From NCBI GenBank assembly GCA_034658635.1, contig JAYEFL010000097.1, forward strand, positions 7,074 to 71,073: a stretch of 64,000 nucleotides of DNA, written 5' to 3'. This document shows positions 1 through 9,757 of the stretch, in pieces. Within the stretch, counting starts at the first letter, position 1, and each line of letters starts with the position of its first letter. A program made the translations under genes and the position numbers. The DNA comes from Bacteroidota bacterium. GTDB taxonomy: Bacteria; Bacteroidota; Bacteroidia; Bacteroidales; UBA12481. The notes beneath the pieces are model-generated. The model worked only from the letters and a program-made list of their open reading frames with translations, was not told where the DNA came from and ran no database searches.

Positions 1-1125
1 TCCAGAAACAGGAGTATGACAGAAAGGGCAGGCATTATTTTCAATTTTGTTTGAAAGTACGCGGAATCCTTTTCGCTTAATTAATACTTTCTGACACTCA
101 GGACAAGACGTATTTTCTCCATCGATTTCAGGGACATTGCCAATGTAAACATGTTTTATTCCATGTTCTCTGGCAATATTTCTTGCATCAAGGAGTACTT
201 TCAATGGAGTGGCAGGAAGGTGAGCCAGCTTATAAGACGGATGAAATCTGCTGAAATGTAATGGATAATCCTCAAAGCCCTTTTTTGATAACCATTTGCA
301 CATCTTATCGATCAAACCAAGATCATCAGACCACTCAGGAACGATGAGGTTTGTGATCTCAATCCAAATCTTATGATCCTTTAATATTTCAAGAGTTCTG
401 AGAACCGGGGCGAGTTTTCCTCCGGTAAGTCTTTGGTAAGTGAGATCGTCAAAAACTTTAAGATCGATGTTGGCCGCATTCAGGTATGGAACTAATTCCA
501 TTAAGGGTTCTTCATTAATATAGCCGTTGGAAATCATCAGGTTATCAATTCCAGCTTCTGTGGCCAGTTTTGCAGTGTCAAGCATGTATTCAAAGTATGA
601 AACAGGCTCTGTATATGTATAAGCAATGGTGGGACAATTTTCTTTTATTGCACCTTCAACCAGGCTTTTTGGACTGGCCAGATAGGATCTGATTTGCTCT
701 GGACTCTTTTGAGAAATCTCTGAATTCTGACAATTAAGGCAACTGAAATTACATCCGGCTGTTCCGAATGAGAAGGCTAGAACTCCAGGTTTATAGTGGA
801 GGAGCGGCTTTTTTTCAATAGGATCAATGTGGATGGCACATGGATGATTATAGGCCAGAGTATATAGTTTCCCATCAATTACTCTCCTGTTGTTACAGTC
901 GCTGAGCTCTCCTTCTTCCAGTGTGCATTCATTTGGGCAAATCAGGCATCTCAGACCTTTGGGTGTGTTAAGTACGTACCTGGCTTCATGCAAATTGTCA
1001 ACAGAGTAATTCATTGCTTTCCTTTTTTTTATTTTCTCCTGAGATGATGATAAGGCCACCTGAGGAAAAGCTGATATTCCCAATCCACTTATAGTACCCA
1101 TCTTAATGAAATCGCGCTTTTTCAT
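1..1125 (-). CDS. amrS: AmmeMemoRadiSam system radical SAM enzyme; the C-terminal end runs off the window
   Basis: My own translation of the minus strand from the ATG at 1125 gives MKKRDFIKMGTISGLGISAFPQVALS...CLICPNEC...DPIEKKPLLHY...GTAGCNFSCLNCQN. That contains a CX3CX2C radical SAM cluster motif and the DPIEKKPL box typical of AmrS. The start overlaps the upstream gene's stop in an ATGA arrangement. Confidence 0.8.
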   Translation of the reverse strand, partial: MKKRDFIKMGTISGLGISAFPQVALSSSQEKIKKRKAMNYSVDNLHEARYVLNTPKGLRCLICPNECTLEEGELSDCNNRRVIDGKLYTLAYNHPCAIHIDPIEKKPLLHYKPGVLAFSFGTAGCNFSCLNCQNSEISQKSPEQIRSYLASPKSLVEGAIKENCPTIAYTYTEPVSYFEYMLDTAKLATEAGIDNLMISNGYINEEPLMELVPYLNAANIDLKVFDDLTYQRLTGGKLAPVLRTLEILKDHKIWIEITNLIVPEWSDDLGLIDKMCKWLSKKGFEDYPLHFSRFHPSYKLAHLPATPLKVLLDARNIAREHGIKHVYIGNVPEIDGENTSCPECQKVLIKRKGFRVLSNKIENNACPFCHTPVSG

Positions 1126-2627
1126 TTTAGTTCTTTAAAAACAATGGCTTCATAAATGTATATTTCCGCATCCTTCCAACCAGTATAACCGATGCCTGCT
1201 TTGTCTTGGGCACAACGACCAAGAAATTCCTCAAGGCTCCATCCGGTTTCCGTAGCTACCTGAGGAAGAAAGGTGCCTGAATTATTCCCTTTTTTGATAT
1301 AAATCCCATGCTTCCCCAAGACAATATCATCAATTTCCCGAATTTTTCTCATCGGACTCAAAACACTGATTTCGATGGTAAGATCAGTTAGCTCCCCTGA
1401 CCTTACTGGTACAAATCGATTGTCACGTGTTGCCGATGCTATTGTCAATTCAGGAATAAGCTTATAAAGAGGTTTTGTGGCTTGAAAACTTCCGATGCAC
1501 CCTCTTAATTTACCATCGCTTTTAAGACTGACAAATGCCCCGGCTGTTTGCATCAGTTCACCTGCATGCAACGCTGCTTGTGGATTAATCCTGTTATTAT
1601 TGATGACATATTCCTGTAAACAAGCACGAGACAATTCCAGAATTTTAAGTTTGCTGTAATTGCTTAAATAAAAGTCATTGTTTGGTTTTTTTCCTCTGAT
1701 AGCGATGGCATGATAACCAACAACCTTTTTTTTGTCTCCATAGATTTCGTGGTCACCTGAGTTACTATATTTAAGCTTTTCAAAACTCATATCTAATTCT
1801 TCAGCAGCTAAATACATAAGTACAAGTGCAGCTGGCCATGCACACATTGAGGTTGACAAGCCCCTGATTCTTTTTGTGTCGTTGTTTTGCAAGACCGTCA
1901 GGAACTGCTCCGGGTCTCCTGAACAAAATGCATCTGCTGTAATACTGTCGAGGCTAATAGCATCCTCATATTTAGGGTAATGAGAGAAATCAGCACTGAC
2001 AATAAATAGATTATTTGGCGTAAAATATGGCTTTAAAGCCAATGCCAGATCTTTTGCAACGCTTGGTACCTGACTGGCTAATACAATTGGAATAATGGGA
2101 GGCACTTTTCCGAAAAATTGCAAAAAGGGTAGCTGAACTTCAATACTGTGCTCTTCAGAATGAGCGGAGGGATAATAGCCAATGCAAGAATTTCTCATGA
2201 GTTCTTTCGCAATCTTTTTGTTAACCGTGAGCTCTCCAAGCGGAGTGAGATAATTGCCTGCTGAATAAACTGAAGCTTTACCCAGGCTGACACGATGGCT
2301 TGATGCCAAAATAAAGATATTGTCATACTGCCCAAGGTCTGATAGTTGTCGGTAGCCTTCTGCTGCAATATGTCCGGAGAATTCATAACCAGCATGCGGA
2401 ACCAGAAGAGCTCTTACAGGATCATCATTCTGGCTCATTATTGCAGAAGAATATAATTTGTGAAGGGAAGATTCCAGCGCTTCAGCAGAGCCCGGATAGA
2501 ATTGACCTGCTACCACCGGATTTCTGATAAGATCCTTGTTTTGACTAAATAGGCTTGAAATTTGAATCATAATCAGCAGTAATATTGTTGTGGATAAGGG
2601 TTTTATGAGACGAAACTTGTTTAACAT
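1122..2627 (-). CDS. Fusion of AmrB (Memo-like dioxygenase fold) and AmrA (AMMECR1 domain), with an N-terminal hydrophobic signal-like segment
   Basis: The N-terminal half has VAGQFYPG and VPHAGYEFSG, which are Memo/AmrB hallmarks. The C-terminal half has LRGCIGSF, the AMMECR1 hallmark. It sits immediately upstream of amrS and is translationally coupled to it. Confidence 0.75.
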   Translation of the reverse strand: MLNKFRLIKPLSTTILLLIMIQISSLFSQNKDLIRNPVVAGQFYPGSAEALESSLHKLYSSAIMSQNDDPVRALLVPHAGYEFSGHIAAEGYRQLSDLGQYDNIFILASSHRVSLGKASVYSAGNYLTPLGELTVNKKIAKELMRNSCIGYYPSAHSEEHSIEVQLPFLQFFGKVPPIIPIVLASQVPSVAKDLALALKPYFTPNNLFIVSADFSHYPKYEDAISLDSITADAFCSGDPEQFLTVLQNNDTKRIRGLSTSMCAWPAALVLMYLAAEELDMSFEKLKYSNSGDHEIYGDKKKVVGYHAIAIRGKKPNNDFYLSNYSKLKILELSRACLQEYVINNNRINPQAALHAGELMQTAGAFVSLKSDGKLRGCIGSFQATKPLYKLIPELTIASATRDNRFVPVRSGELTDLTIEISVLSPMRKIREIDDIVLGKHGIYIKKGNNSGTFLPQVATETGWSLEEFLGRCAQDKAGIGYTGWKDAEIYIYEAIVFKELK

Positions 2628-2715
2628 GATACCAAATATAGTGTCAGACTAAATTTACGAAAAAAGTATGATTTCTTTTTTGTAAATTGTAGCTCACTCA
2701 TGAAACTCTGAGAAC

Positions 2716-3189
2716 ATGCTTGGAAAGAGTAGAAAAAGCAGACAATTGGATATGTTTGAAGTGCCAATGAATAAGTTCATCAATATTCAGCATGAACTGG
2801 CTGTTACGGGTGATGAAATTGATTGGAACTCTCTGGAGAATCATTTTAGGGCGTATTATTCTGACCGCGGCAGACCGGCTGTTCCGGTCAGAAAAATTGT
2901 TGGTTTGCTACTTCTAAAAGCCCGCTTCAACCTTAGTGATGAAAAGGCCCTCTGTATATGGCTTGAGAACCCTTATTGGCAATACTTTTGTGGTGAAGTT
3001 CATTTCCAGAAAGAGAAACCCTTTTCTGTAGGAGAATTCAGCCGTTTTAAAAGAAGGGTAGGGGTTGAAGGTATGGATCGAATACAGTTCATTTCCACAG
3101 AGCATTTCGGTGTTACTGAGGATGGAACTTACAAGAATTACGCCGACCAAAAGAAGCAATCCTTCTGGCAACGTCTTTTTGATAACTAG
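2716..3189 (+). mobile_element. Relic of an IS5/IS1182-like (DUF772-type) transposase; only the N-terminal part survives
   Basis: The 157-aa ORF contains ...YSDRGRPAVPVRKIVGLLLLKARFNLSDEKA...NPYWQYFCG..., typical of the N-terminal domain of IS5-group DDE transposases. No DDE catalytic domain follows. The ORF ends 2 nt before the 3' end of the convergent neighbouring gene. Confidence 0.6.
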
Positions 3190-3191
3190 AA

Positions 3192-4466
3192 CTAAGGCTT
3201 CAGGATTGGCTTCTGTCCGTTGAACTCTCTCAATGCATTCAGCATACTAATGATATTTTCAACCGGAGTATGTCCCTGAATGTTGTGCACTGTATTGAAA
3301 ACGAAGCCACCATCTTTTGAGAATATTTCACAATTATCAAGAACCTGTTGCCTGATTTCTGCTGGTTTCCCAAACGGAAGCATCTGTTGAGTATCAATTC
3401 CACCACCCCAAAACACAATATCTTTTCCAAACTGATCTTTTAAGATCTTGGGATTCATACCGCTGGCAGATATTTGAACCGGGTTCAAAATATCAAATCC
3501 TGATTCAATAAAAAGTGGTATGAAATCGGCGACAGCTCCGCAGGAATGCTTGAAAGTCTTCCACTCAGTATGAGCATGAATCCAATCATTCATTTTCTTA
3601 TAGTAAGGATGATATAGAGATTTGTATGTGTCAGATGAACAAAAGGTACTGGTTTGAGTGCCGAAATCTGTTCCGCATAAGAAAATAACATCCAGCTGAT
3701 TACCAACAATTTCATATAGTGCCTTTAGGTTATGCAGGGCAATCTCTGTTTGTTTCTCAAAAACAGAATGCACATAATCCTGACGGATAAGTGTTGACAT
3801 ATACCATTCTGTTACATCTCTAATGCCTTTAGGAGCCTTCATGAAAGGACCAGGAACAAGTGCGATATCGCCCATAGCAGTTCCTCCTAATGAACCAAGT
3901 ATAGCTCTGGGTGAATTTCTATACTGGTTTATTTGATCCTGATAATAATTAAGGGCTTCAGAATCAATTTGTTTAAACTCCTCCAGATTATCTTCAGGAT
4001 TCAGTTTGTCTTCTATTATCGGGACCTGCCTGATTATAGAATCAAAGAAATATCCATCTTTGGGCATTCTGCCGCTCGGTGCAACTGTATTGTCTCCTTC
4101 CGGATATACCAGAGTGGATCCGTCTGCATCTTTGGCATAAACAAAGTCCTCAGAAACTAATACCTCTAGTCCGATATCCATCTTCCATGGCTTCCAGTTT
4201 CTATTAGCAAAGCCAAACATTGTTTTTTGTCCTGGAATTCCCTGAACATCAACATCTAAAGCAGTTAGAATATCTTCATCCATCCAGCCCAGCATTTGAT
4301 ATGGTTCAAATGCTTTAATTTTTTGAGGTTTCAATCCAAGGTAATCTCTGAGTTCATGTATATTTTTAACATGAAGGCCAGATGTGCCGGATCCGCCTAA
4401 ATCAAGAGGAATTCTGTCTGGCTGCTGATGATTAAGGCTAAGCTTTATTCTGGATTTGCTGTCCAT
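3192..4466 (-). CDS. Uroporphyrinogen decarboxylase (URO-D)/MtaA-like family protein
   Basis: 424 aa. The N-terminus (NHQQPDRIPLDLGG) and the C-terminal part (HSCG...ILNPVQ...FWGGGIDTQ) resemble URO-D-fold methyltransferase/decarboxylase family members. Confidence 0.55.
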   Translation of the reverse strand: MDSKSRIKLSLNHQQPDRIPLDLGGSGTSGLHVKNIHELRDYLGLKPQKIKAFEPYQMLGWMDEDILTALDVDVQGIPGQKTMFGFANRNWKPWKMDIGLEVLVSEDFVYAKDADGSTLVYPEGDNTVAPSGRMPKDGYFFDSIIRQVPIIEDKLNPEDNLEEFKQIDSEALNYYQDQINQYRNSPRAILGSLGGTAMGDIALVPGPFMKAPKGIRDVTEWYMSTLIRQDYVHSVFEKQTEIALHNLKALYEIVGNQLDVIFLCGTDFGTQTSTFCSSDTYKSLYHPYYKKMNDWIHAHTEWKTFKHSCGAVADFIPLFIESGFDILNPVQISASGMNPKILKDQFGKDIVFWGGGIDTQQMLPFGKPAEIRQQVLDNCEIFSKDGGFVFNTVHNIQGHTPVENIISMLNALREFNGQKPILKP

Positions 4467-4471
4467 GTAGT

Positions 4472-5179
4472 TTATGCTTCCTGATTAATAAAGTAAATTG
4501 AATGTGTTGATACGAGAGCTGCAGTTTCAGTTCTAAGTCTGCTCTCTCCTAAGGAAATGCTTTTGAATCCATTCTTTTCAGCCATTTCTACTTCCTCCAG
4601 ACTGAAATCCCCCTCAGGGCCAATCAGGATGAGTGTATCAGTTCTGGGTTTGATAATGGATCCAATAGGTATTAAATTATCCGAATTGCAATGTGGAATT
4701 AATTTATTTCCGTTGAACTCTCGCGAAATTAGTTCTTTAAACGACGTTAGTTCTTCAAGATGAGGGTGATATGCTTTCAGGGATTGTTTCATTGCAGCGG
4801 CAATAACCCTGTTTAAGCGATCTGGTTTAATCTGTTTTCGTTCAGAATGGAAGGAAATTATTGGAGTAATACGATCAACTCCAATTTCTGTAGCCTTCTC
4901 AAGAAACCACTCGAAGCGATCTATGTTCTTTGTAGGGGCAACGGCCATGTGCAAGAAGTAATTCCTCTTCCCATAATCTGTCTTTTTATGGATGATTTGA
5001 ATCAAACATCTTTTTGGATGGGGATCATGAATCACTCCTTCATAAAAACCACCCTTGCCATCCACGAAAAAAACCTGATCACCAGTAGTTTTTCGCATTA
5101 CCTTAACAGCATGTCTGGATTCAATCTCCGTGAAGACGCAATAACCCTGGCTAATATTATCTGAATAGAACAGATTCAC
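4472..5179 (-). CDS. rsmE: 16S rRNA (uracil1498-N3)-methyltransferase
   Basis: 235 aa. It has the N-terminal PUA-like HAVKVMR segment and a C-terminal SPOUT knot (LIGPEGDFSLEE...LGESRLRTETAAL). Confidence 0.85.
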   Translation of the reverse strand: MNLFYSDNISQGYCVFTEIESRHAVKVMRKTTGDQVFFVDGKGGFYEGVIHDPHPKRCLIQIIHKKTDYGKRNYFLHMAVAPTKNIDRFEWFLEKATEIGVDRITPIISFHSERKQIKPDRLNRVIAAAMKQSLKAYHPHLEELTSFKELISREFNGNKLIPHCNSDNLIPIGSIIKPRTDTLILIGPEGDFSLEEVEMAEKNGFKSISLGESRLRTETAALVSTHSIYFINQEA

Positions 5180-5241
5180 TCTTTTTTGTAATTCTCCGGA
5201 TTAACAGTTGTGGCTGTCCAGTGTTTTTAAGGCAGACTAAT

Positions 5242-8200
5242 TTAGTCAAAATTTAAGAAGTTCCTAACCAATCTGTATTGTCCAAGATAGTATTGGTAGG
5301 AAGGGTCATCACCTTCTGAGGGAAGCTTCCGTTTGACTTCTTTTGTATCCCTGATAATATTGTTAAATTTCTCATATTTAGGTCCTGCCAAAACCTGCAT
5401 TAAGCCTCTGCTGTAATAGAAGAAGAAATATGATCCCGGATCTGTTTCAAGATACATCGTGAAAGTATCACCACCTCTTCGGTGTACAATTTCTAAATTA
5501 CCGTTAAAGAGCTTGTTTATAGCTTTATCCTGGATATTACCAATGCCAATTTTACCGACAGACTGATAAGAGCCGCGATCAGGATTCCATTTAAGGTCAA
5601 GATGGGTGAATAGAAAAGTGTGATTGAATTCTGCAGGTAATTTTCTGAAGCCGCCTGTCAAACTTAATTGATTGAGAATTTCCTGTCCGCTTTCTGATCC
5701 TAAATAGTATAACAAGGAACGACGTAAGCCTTGATCAGAATAGTTAACTGCCTGAGTCCGGGTAAAGTTGTTTAATTCCTTTGTCATATATGCCAGAGCC
5801 TTATCACTCATGAAAAAATCTAAACTTAAGACCGTGTGCAGGAAGACCGAGTCAGTTTTCAAATCGTGCAAGGTTGATCCTGCTGCATCGATTTTCATCC
5901 TCCCAAGATCGATTCCAAGATCCATCCTTCCTTCAGCCCTTACGATACAGTTATCTCTATCTAATCTGACTTCCGGTAGGATGATTTCAGGATTATTTAG
6001 TTTGTTAGGGTCAGCGAGTCGGTAATCACCTGATAATTCATCATATAAGATGAACCCATTACTTTGAATTACAGGATTGTCGCTATATCTTAAGTGGGGG
6101 CCAATGAAAGTAGAATACAATTCTACAGGTTGGTTGCTGAGGAAAATTCCTGAATAGATCTTTCTTCCTTCAGTATCTCTGGTTAGAGTGTCGATAGGGA
6201 TTATAACAGAGTATGGATCAATCTTTTCATTCATTCTAATCCATTTCTTGGTTGATGATACACAATCATGCGTTAACTGAAATGATCCGTCAAATTGTAA
6301 CAGGGGCTCATTCATGGATAATATTGCCATTCCCTGGAAAGCAAATTCAGGGCTTAGGAAAAAATTGTCGATCAGGTCAATCTGACCCTGCCCAAAGCTA
6401 ATGCCTTTAGAGTTGACACTGATTTTTCCCATCTCAATGCTGAATTCTCTTTGCGCTTTATCAAGGTAGGTGTAAACTCCTTTTGCCTGATAGTTATTCT
6501 TTCCTTTTAGATAAACGACAGATCGTTGGATAATGTGATTTATACTTGTATCACGAGGAACTATAATGCAATCTGGTAGTGAATCGATGAAGGCATTGGT
6601 ACGAATTGTAAGAGTCTTGTCATGAGGGAAGATTCTCACATCAGCAACATCAATATATTCAAGACCTTCCAAATCAAGTTGGTAAGAATTCAGATTATAA
6701 TTAGCCGATTGGCCATCAAAAGACAATTCCTCCTGAGACGGAAGTTCTGAAACGAGACTCAGGTGATTAATCAAAATATTGTCAGACCCTATATGCCAAT
6801 CCATGGTCTTGAAACTAGTTTGGAATTTATTTTCAGGAAAACGTATTATTGAATTTTCATGTTCAGCCTGAATGCTAGCCTTTAAGTCTGAAATATTTAT
6901 GTGAACCACCGAATTCATAGCAATGAGATCAAGGTTCTTCCTATCTGTCATTGCTTTGGTTGTATCCTGAAACTGACTGAAGATTGAAAAAATTGCCTCA
7001 TCGGCAGTTAAGCTTTGTTTGAAGAAAGTGAACATGGCAGATTCAACAGAGAAGTTAGACATGTGTAGCTCTCCACTGCCTTTTAAACCATCTGGCTCAA
7101 TGTATACATCTCCTTTGAAACGCACTCCGTCATACAAATTAAGTAAGCCATCTTTCTGGTTAGCAATCATTTGGTCTTTATCTGGTATCCACAAGATATC
7201 AACATCGTTTGCAGCCGCTTTTGGGGAGCCTGATTCTGCAAGATCTTCCTTAATGTCTATGCTTTTAACAAGACTTCTCATTTCATCAGGAAGGAAAAGG
7301 AATTTTTCAGATTGCATACTGGCTCCAAGATATTCCATGATTCCATTTCCGGTAAGACCTTCATTACTCATATTGATTTCTTTGTAAAATCTACCTTTCC
7401 CATTATATATTTGATAGCCGGTATCCGGAGTAAAGAGAGTTTCGAAGCCCAAAGACAGATCATCACGATATTGAAGATTGACACGAATTTCGGGAAATAT
7501 GTCAGCTGTATGAAACTTGCCACTGAATGAAAGATTATCCTTTAAGTTAACACTATTTAATCCTTCGATAACTAAGCTGTCAGCGCTGAAGAAAAAATTA
7601 TCTCTTGAATAAGCTCCATTATGGATATATGCCTGGTCATAATAAACGTAGGATATTGTATCCGCAATGAATATGGGATACTCAGGATATTCCTCTTCAA
7701 GAATTCCTGATTTATTTGAAGGGTGATCTATCAGAACTGTCCCTGAAGTATTTTCAATAAGAGATGAGATATTTTTAATTTCAGTTTTGGCATAACTGCC
7801 GTTGATAGGAATATGAACCTTAATGCTGATTGCTTCAATGTTCGATATTTGGATTTGGAACTGATTGTAGTTTAGGCTAAATCCGGTTCCGGTAAATCTC
7901 ACCAGTCCGGTTTGAAGCATGCCATCAAACTGCATATTGAGATCTCTTTGAATAAGAATGGAATGGTTGGCTGGATAAGCCGTAACATTTCTTTCTAAGC
8001 TCAAATTTATTTTTCTTACTCCATTAATTTCCAAATTCCCGGATAGTAGATTTAAATACCCATTTGGCCTGGGTGGCTGCATTTCAGACTTAAATGCAAT
8101 GATGTCGTAATCCTGCAGTTCTGCATGTTTAGCCAAAAAGTTATATGTCCGTTGAGTTACTTCAACCATGTCAGAATCAGCATTATATCGTACAAATCCC

Positions 8201-9687
8201 AGAAAAGACACATTCAGGAGCATTTCAACAACAAGGTGATGTGGCCTTTTCATGAACACAGAAAGATCACCTGTTGTGAAATATCGTGAATTGTAATAAT
8301 CAGCACATTGCTTTATGATCACCAATGGATTTGTATGGTCAGCTACCTGGATAGTATTAAATCTTTCAATACTATAATAATCAGCAGATTCAAAATCAGC
8401 AATATTATTCAAGCTGCCAAATATGCCGGATAATGTCATAATGCTGTCTTCCGGATTCCATATTATCATTTCCACATCTAAATCAAGGTTATGATAATTA
8501 TTGAAGAAACGACTGTTAGACAATCCACGACCATCTCTCATTAAAGCTAATTCTTTCTTATTATGCTGGTATTGAAAAGTAAGTCCCGGATGGAAAATTG
8601 AGTCTGAATCCAAATAAATGCTCACTTCTGTATTTACTCCCTGAGCTCTCTCCTGAGTGAATACAAAATAATCAGAAGCTAATCTAACCTGGGGCTTATT
8701 GTGGAAATAAACTAATAATGTTCCTTTTTGATTTCTGATATCAGCACCAATCATCTTTCGTCCCTTCAGTGTATATCCTCCTGTATAATCCATGTTTGGA
8801 TAGATGTTCTTGATATAGTTCTTTCGATTGTAAGAGATGAATTTTGGGTATCCTATCCTGCTCGCAGGCATGCCAGTCGCAATTTTATTTTCTAAACGTC
8901 CCAGCACAGGAGCATCGAAGTATCTTTTATCAAAAAGCCATACAGAATCAACTGCAAATACTGATTTGGAAAGATCAAGTTGGAAATTGCCTAACTTAGC
9001 ATAAACCTGGTTTGCCGGAATACCAGCATTGGTCCAGTCAACTTCTCCTGATTCAGAACAAAATGTTTGGTATGCTGGATAGTATTTCCCTTTTACTATT
9101 TGCACTGACGACTTTTCTCTTCCAGCACTGCCTGTCAGTATAGCAGATTCACTGGCAAGGTATAAGGCTGTGTCAGATTCAAAAGAGCAGTTTACTCCCT
9201 CCAGTGTCCATTTTATCGATCCGGAATCAAAAAGTACATTGGATAAGTTATATGCTTTTGCAAATTGCCATAATTGTTCTGCGAAAACCAAGGTCAATGC
9301 TTCAGATTCAAAAGCCTGTCTGATGTGGGATAACAATGTATTAAGACTTTTCCTGCCTAGCTCTGTGTTTTGAAATGAAGCGCAGGCTTCGATGAAATTA
9401 GTAAACTGAGGATAAGGTTTGATTCCTCTATTTATTAGGATGTTGGTGAGTGAGGCTAACTCAATCCATTCATTTCCTGCAGGTTGATAATTATTAACGA
9501 ATGAATTAAATGAAGCCGTAATCCTTTTCCGTTCTTTGTCAGGTACTGTTTTTAAGAAATTAGAAAGTTCAGCTATAAAACCAGATGATTCAGGAGGAAA
9601 TCTATATTTCTCCCGTTCTTGCCCTGCACAAAACGAAGAGGAGAGCAAAAAGAAAACACTTATCAGAATAATTCCATGTCTTATCAT
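5242..9687 (-). CDS. Very large exported protein of unknown function (about 1480 aa)
   Basis: A long uninterrupted ORF. I prefer the start at 9687 (MIRHGIILISVFFLLSSSFCAGQ, a signal peptide) because a 12-bp perfect hairpin at 9695..9726 occupies the longer N-terminal extension in the ORF track. I recognise no catalytic motif. Confidence 0.6.
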   Translation of the reverse strand: MIRHGIILISVFFLLSSSFCAGQEREKYRFPPESSGFIAELSNFLKTVPDKERKRITASFNSFVNNYQPAGNEWIELASLTNILINRGIKPYPQFTNFIEACASFQNTELGRKSLNTLLSHIRQAFESEALTLVFAEQLWQFAKAYNLSNVLFDSGSIKWTLEGVNCSFESDTALYLASESAILTGSAGREKSSVQIVKGKYYPAYQTFCSESGEVDWTNAGIPANQVYAKLGNFQLDLSKSVFAVDSVWLFDKRYFDAPVLGRLENKIATGMPASRIGYPKFISYNRKNYIKNIYPNMDYTGGYTLKGRKMIGADIRNQKGTLLVYFHNKPQVRLASDYFVFTQERAQGVNTEVSIYLDSDSIFHPGLTFQYQHNKKELALMRDGRGLSNSRFFNNYHNLDLDVEMIIWNPEDSIMTLSGIFGSLNNIADFESADYYSIERFNTIQVADHTNPLVIIKQCADYYNSRYFTTGDLSVFMKRPHHLVVEMLLNVSFLGFVRYNADSDMVEVTQRTYNFLAKHAELQDYDIIAFKSEMQPPRPNGYLNLLSGNLEINGVRKINLSLERNVTAYPANHSILIQRDLNMQFDGMLQTGLVRFTGTGFSLNYNQFQIQISNIEAISIKVHIPINGSYAKTEIKNISSLIENTSGTVLIDHPSNKSGILEEEYPEYPIFIADTISYVYYDQAYIHNGAYSRDNFFFSADSLVIEGLNSVNLKDNLSFSGKFHTADIFPEIRVNLQYRDDLSLGFETLFTPDTGYQIYNGKGRFYKEINMSNEGLTGNGIMEYLGASMQSEKFLFLPDEMRSLVKSIDIKEDLAESGSPKAAANDVDILWIPDKDQMIANQKDGLLNLYDGVRFKGDVYIEPDGLKGSGELHMSNFSVESAMFTFFKQSLTADEAIFSIFSQFQDTTKAMTDRKNLDLIAMNSVVHINISDLKASIQAEHENSIIRFPENKFQTSFKTMDWHIGSDNILINHLSLVSELPSQEELSFDGQSANYNLNSYQLDLEGLEYIDVADVRIFPHDKTLTIRTNAFIDSLPDCIIVPRDTSINHIIQRSVVYLKGKNNYQAKGVYTYLDKAQREFSIEMGKISVNSKGISFGQGQIDLIDNFFLSPEFAFQGMAILSMNEPLLQFDGSFQLTHDCVSSTKKWIRMNEKIDPYSVIIPIDTLTRDTEGRKIYSGIFLSNQPVELYSTFIGPHLRYSDNPVIQSNGFILYDELSGDYRLADPNKLNNPEIILPEVRLDRDNCIVRAEGRMDLGIDLGRMKIDAAGSTLHDLKTDSVFLHTVLSLDFFMSDKALAYMTKELNNFTRTQAVNYSDQGLRRSLLYYLGSESGQEILNQLSLTGGFRKLPAEFNHTFLFTHLDLKWNPDRGSYQSVGKIGIGNIQDKAINKLFNGNLEIVHRRGGDTFTMYLETDPGSYFFFYYSRGLMQVLAGPKYEKFNNIIRDTKEVKRKLPSEGDDPSYQYYLGQYRLVRNFLNFD

Positions 9688-9694
9688 AACAGAA

Positions 9695-9726
9695 ACAGGC
9701 AATCCCAAATATAAGGGATTGCCTGT
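9695..9726 (-). terminator. Strong hairpin between tpiA and the large ORF; possible terminator or attenuator
   Basis: ACAGGCAATCCC-aaatataa-GGGATTGCCTGT is a perfect 12-bp stem with an 8-nt loop. It lies 32 nt downstream of the tpiA stop. The trailing T tract is only partial (TTCTGTT). Confidence 0.5.
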
Positions 9727-9757
9727 CCAAAATAGTTATAAGAGGAAAAATTTCCCT

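Noticed and set aside
7019-7530. Antisense or out-of-frame ORFs of 60-140 aa lie inside long genes. Examples are 7019..7387, 26164..26553, 47614..47973, 60839..61264, 18142..18456 and 12574..12882.
   Set aside because: Each is fully embedded in a much longer ORF with clear family motifs on the other strand or frame. They have no recognisable motifs and typical shadow-ORF composition.
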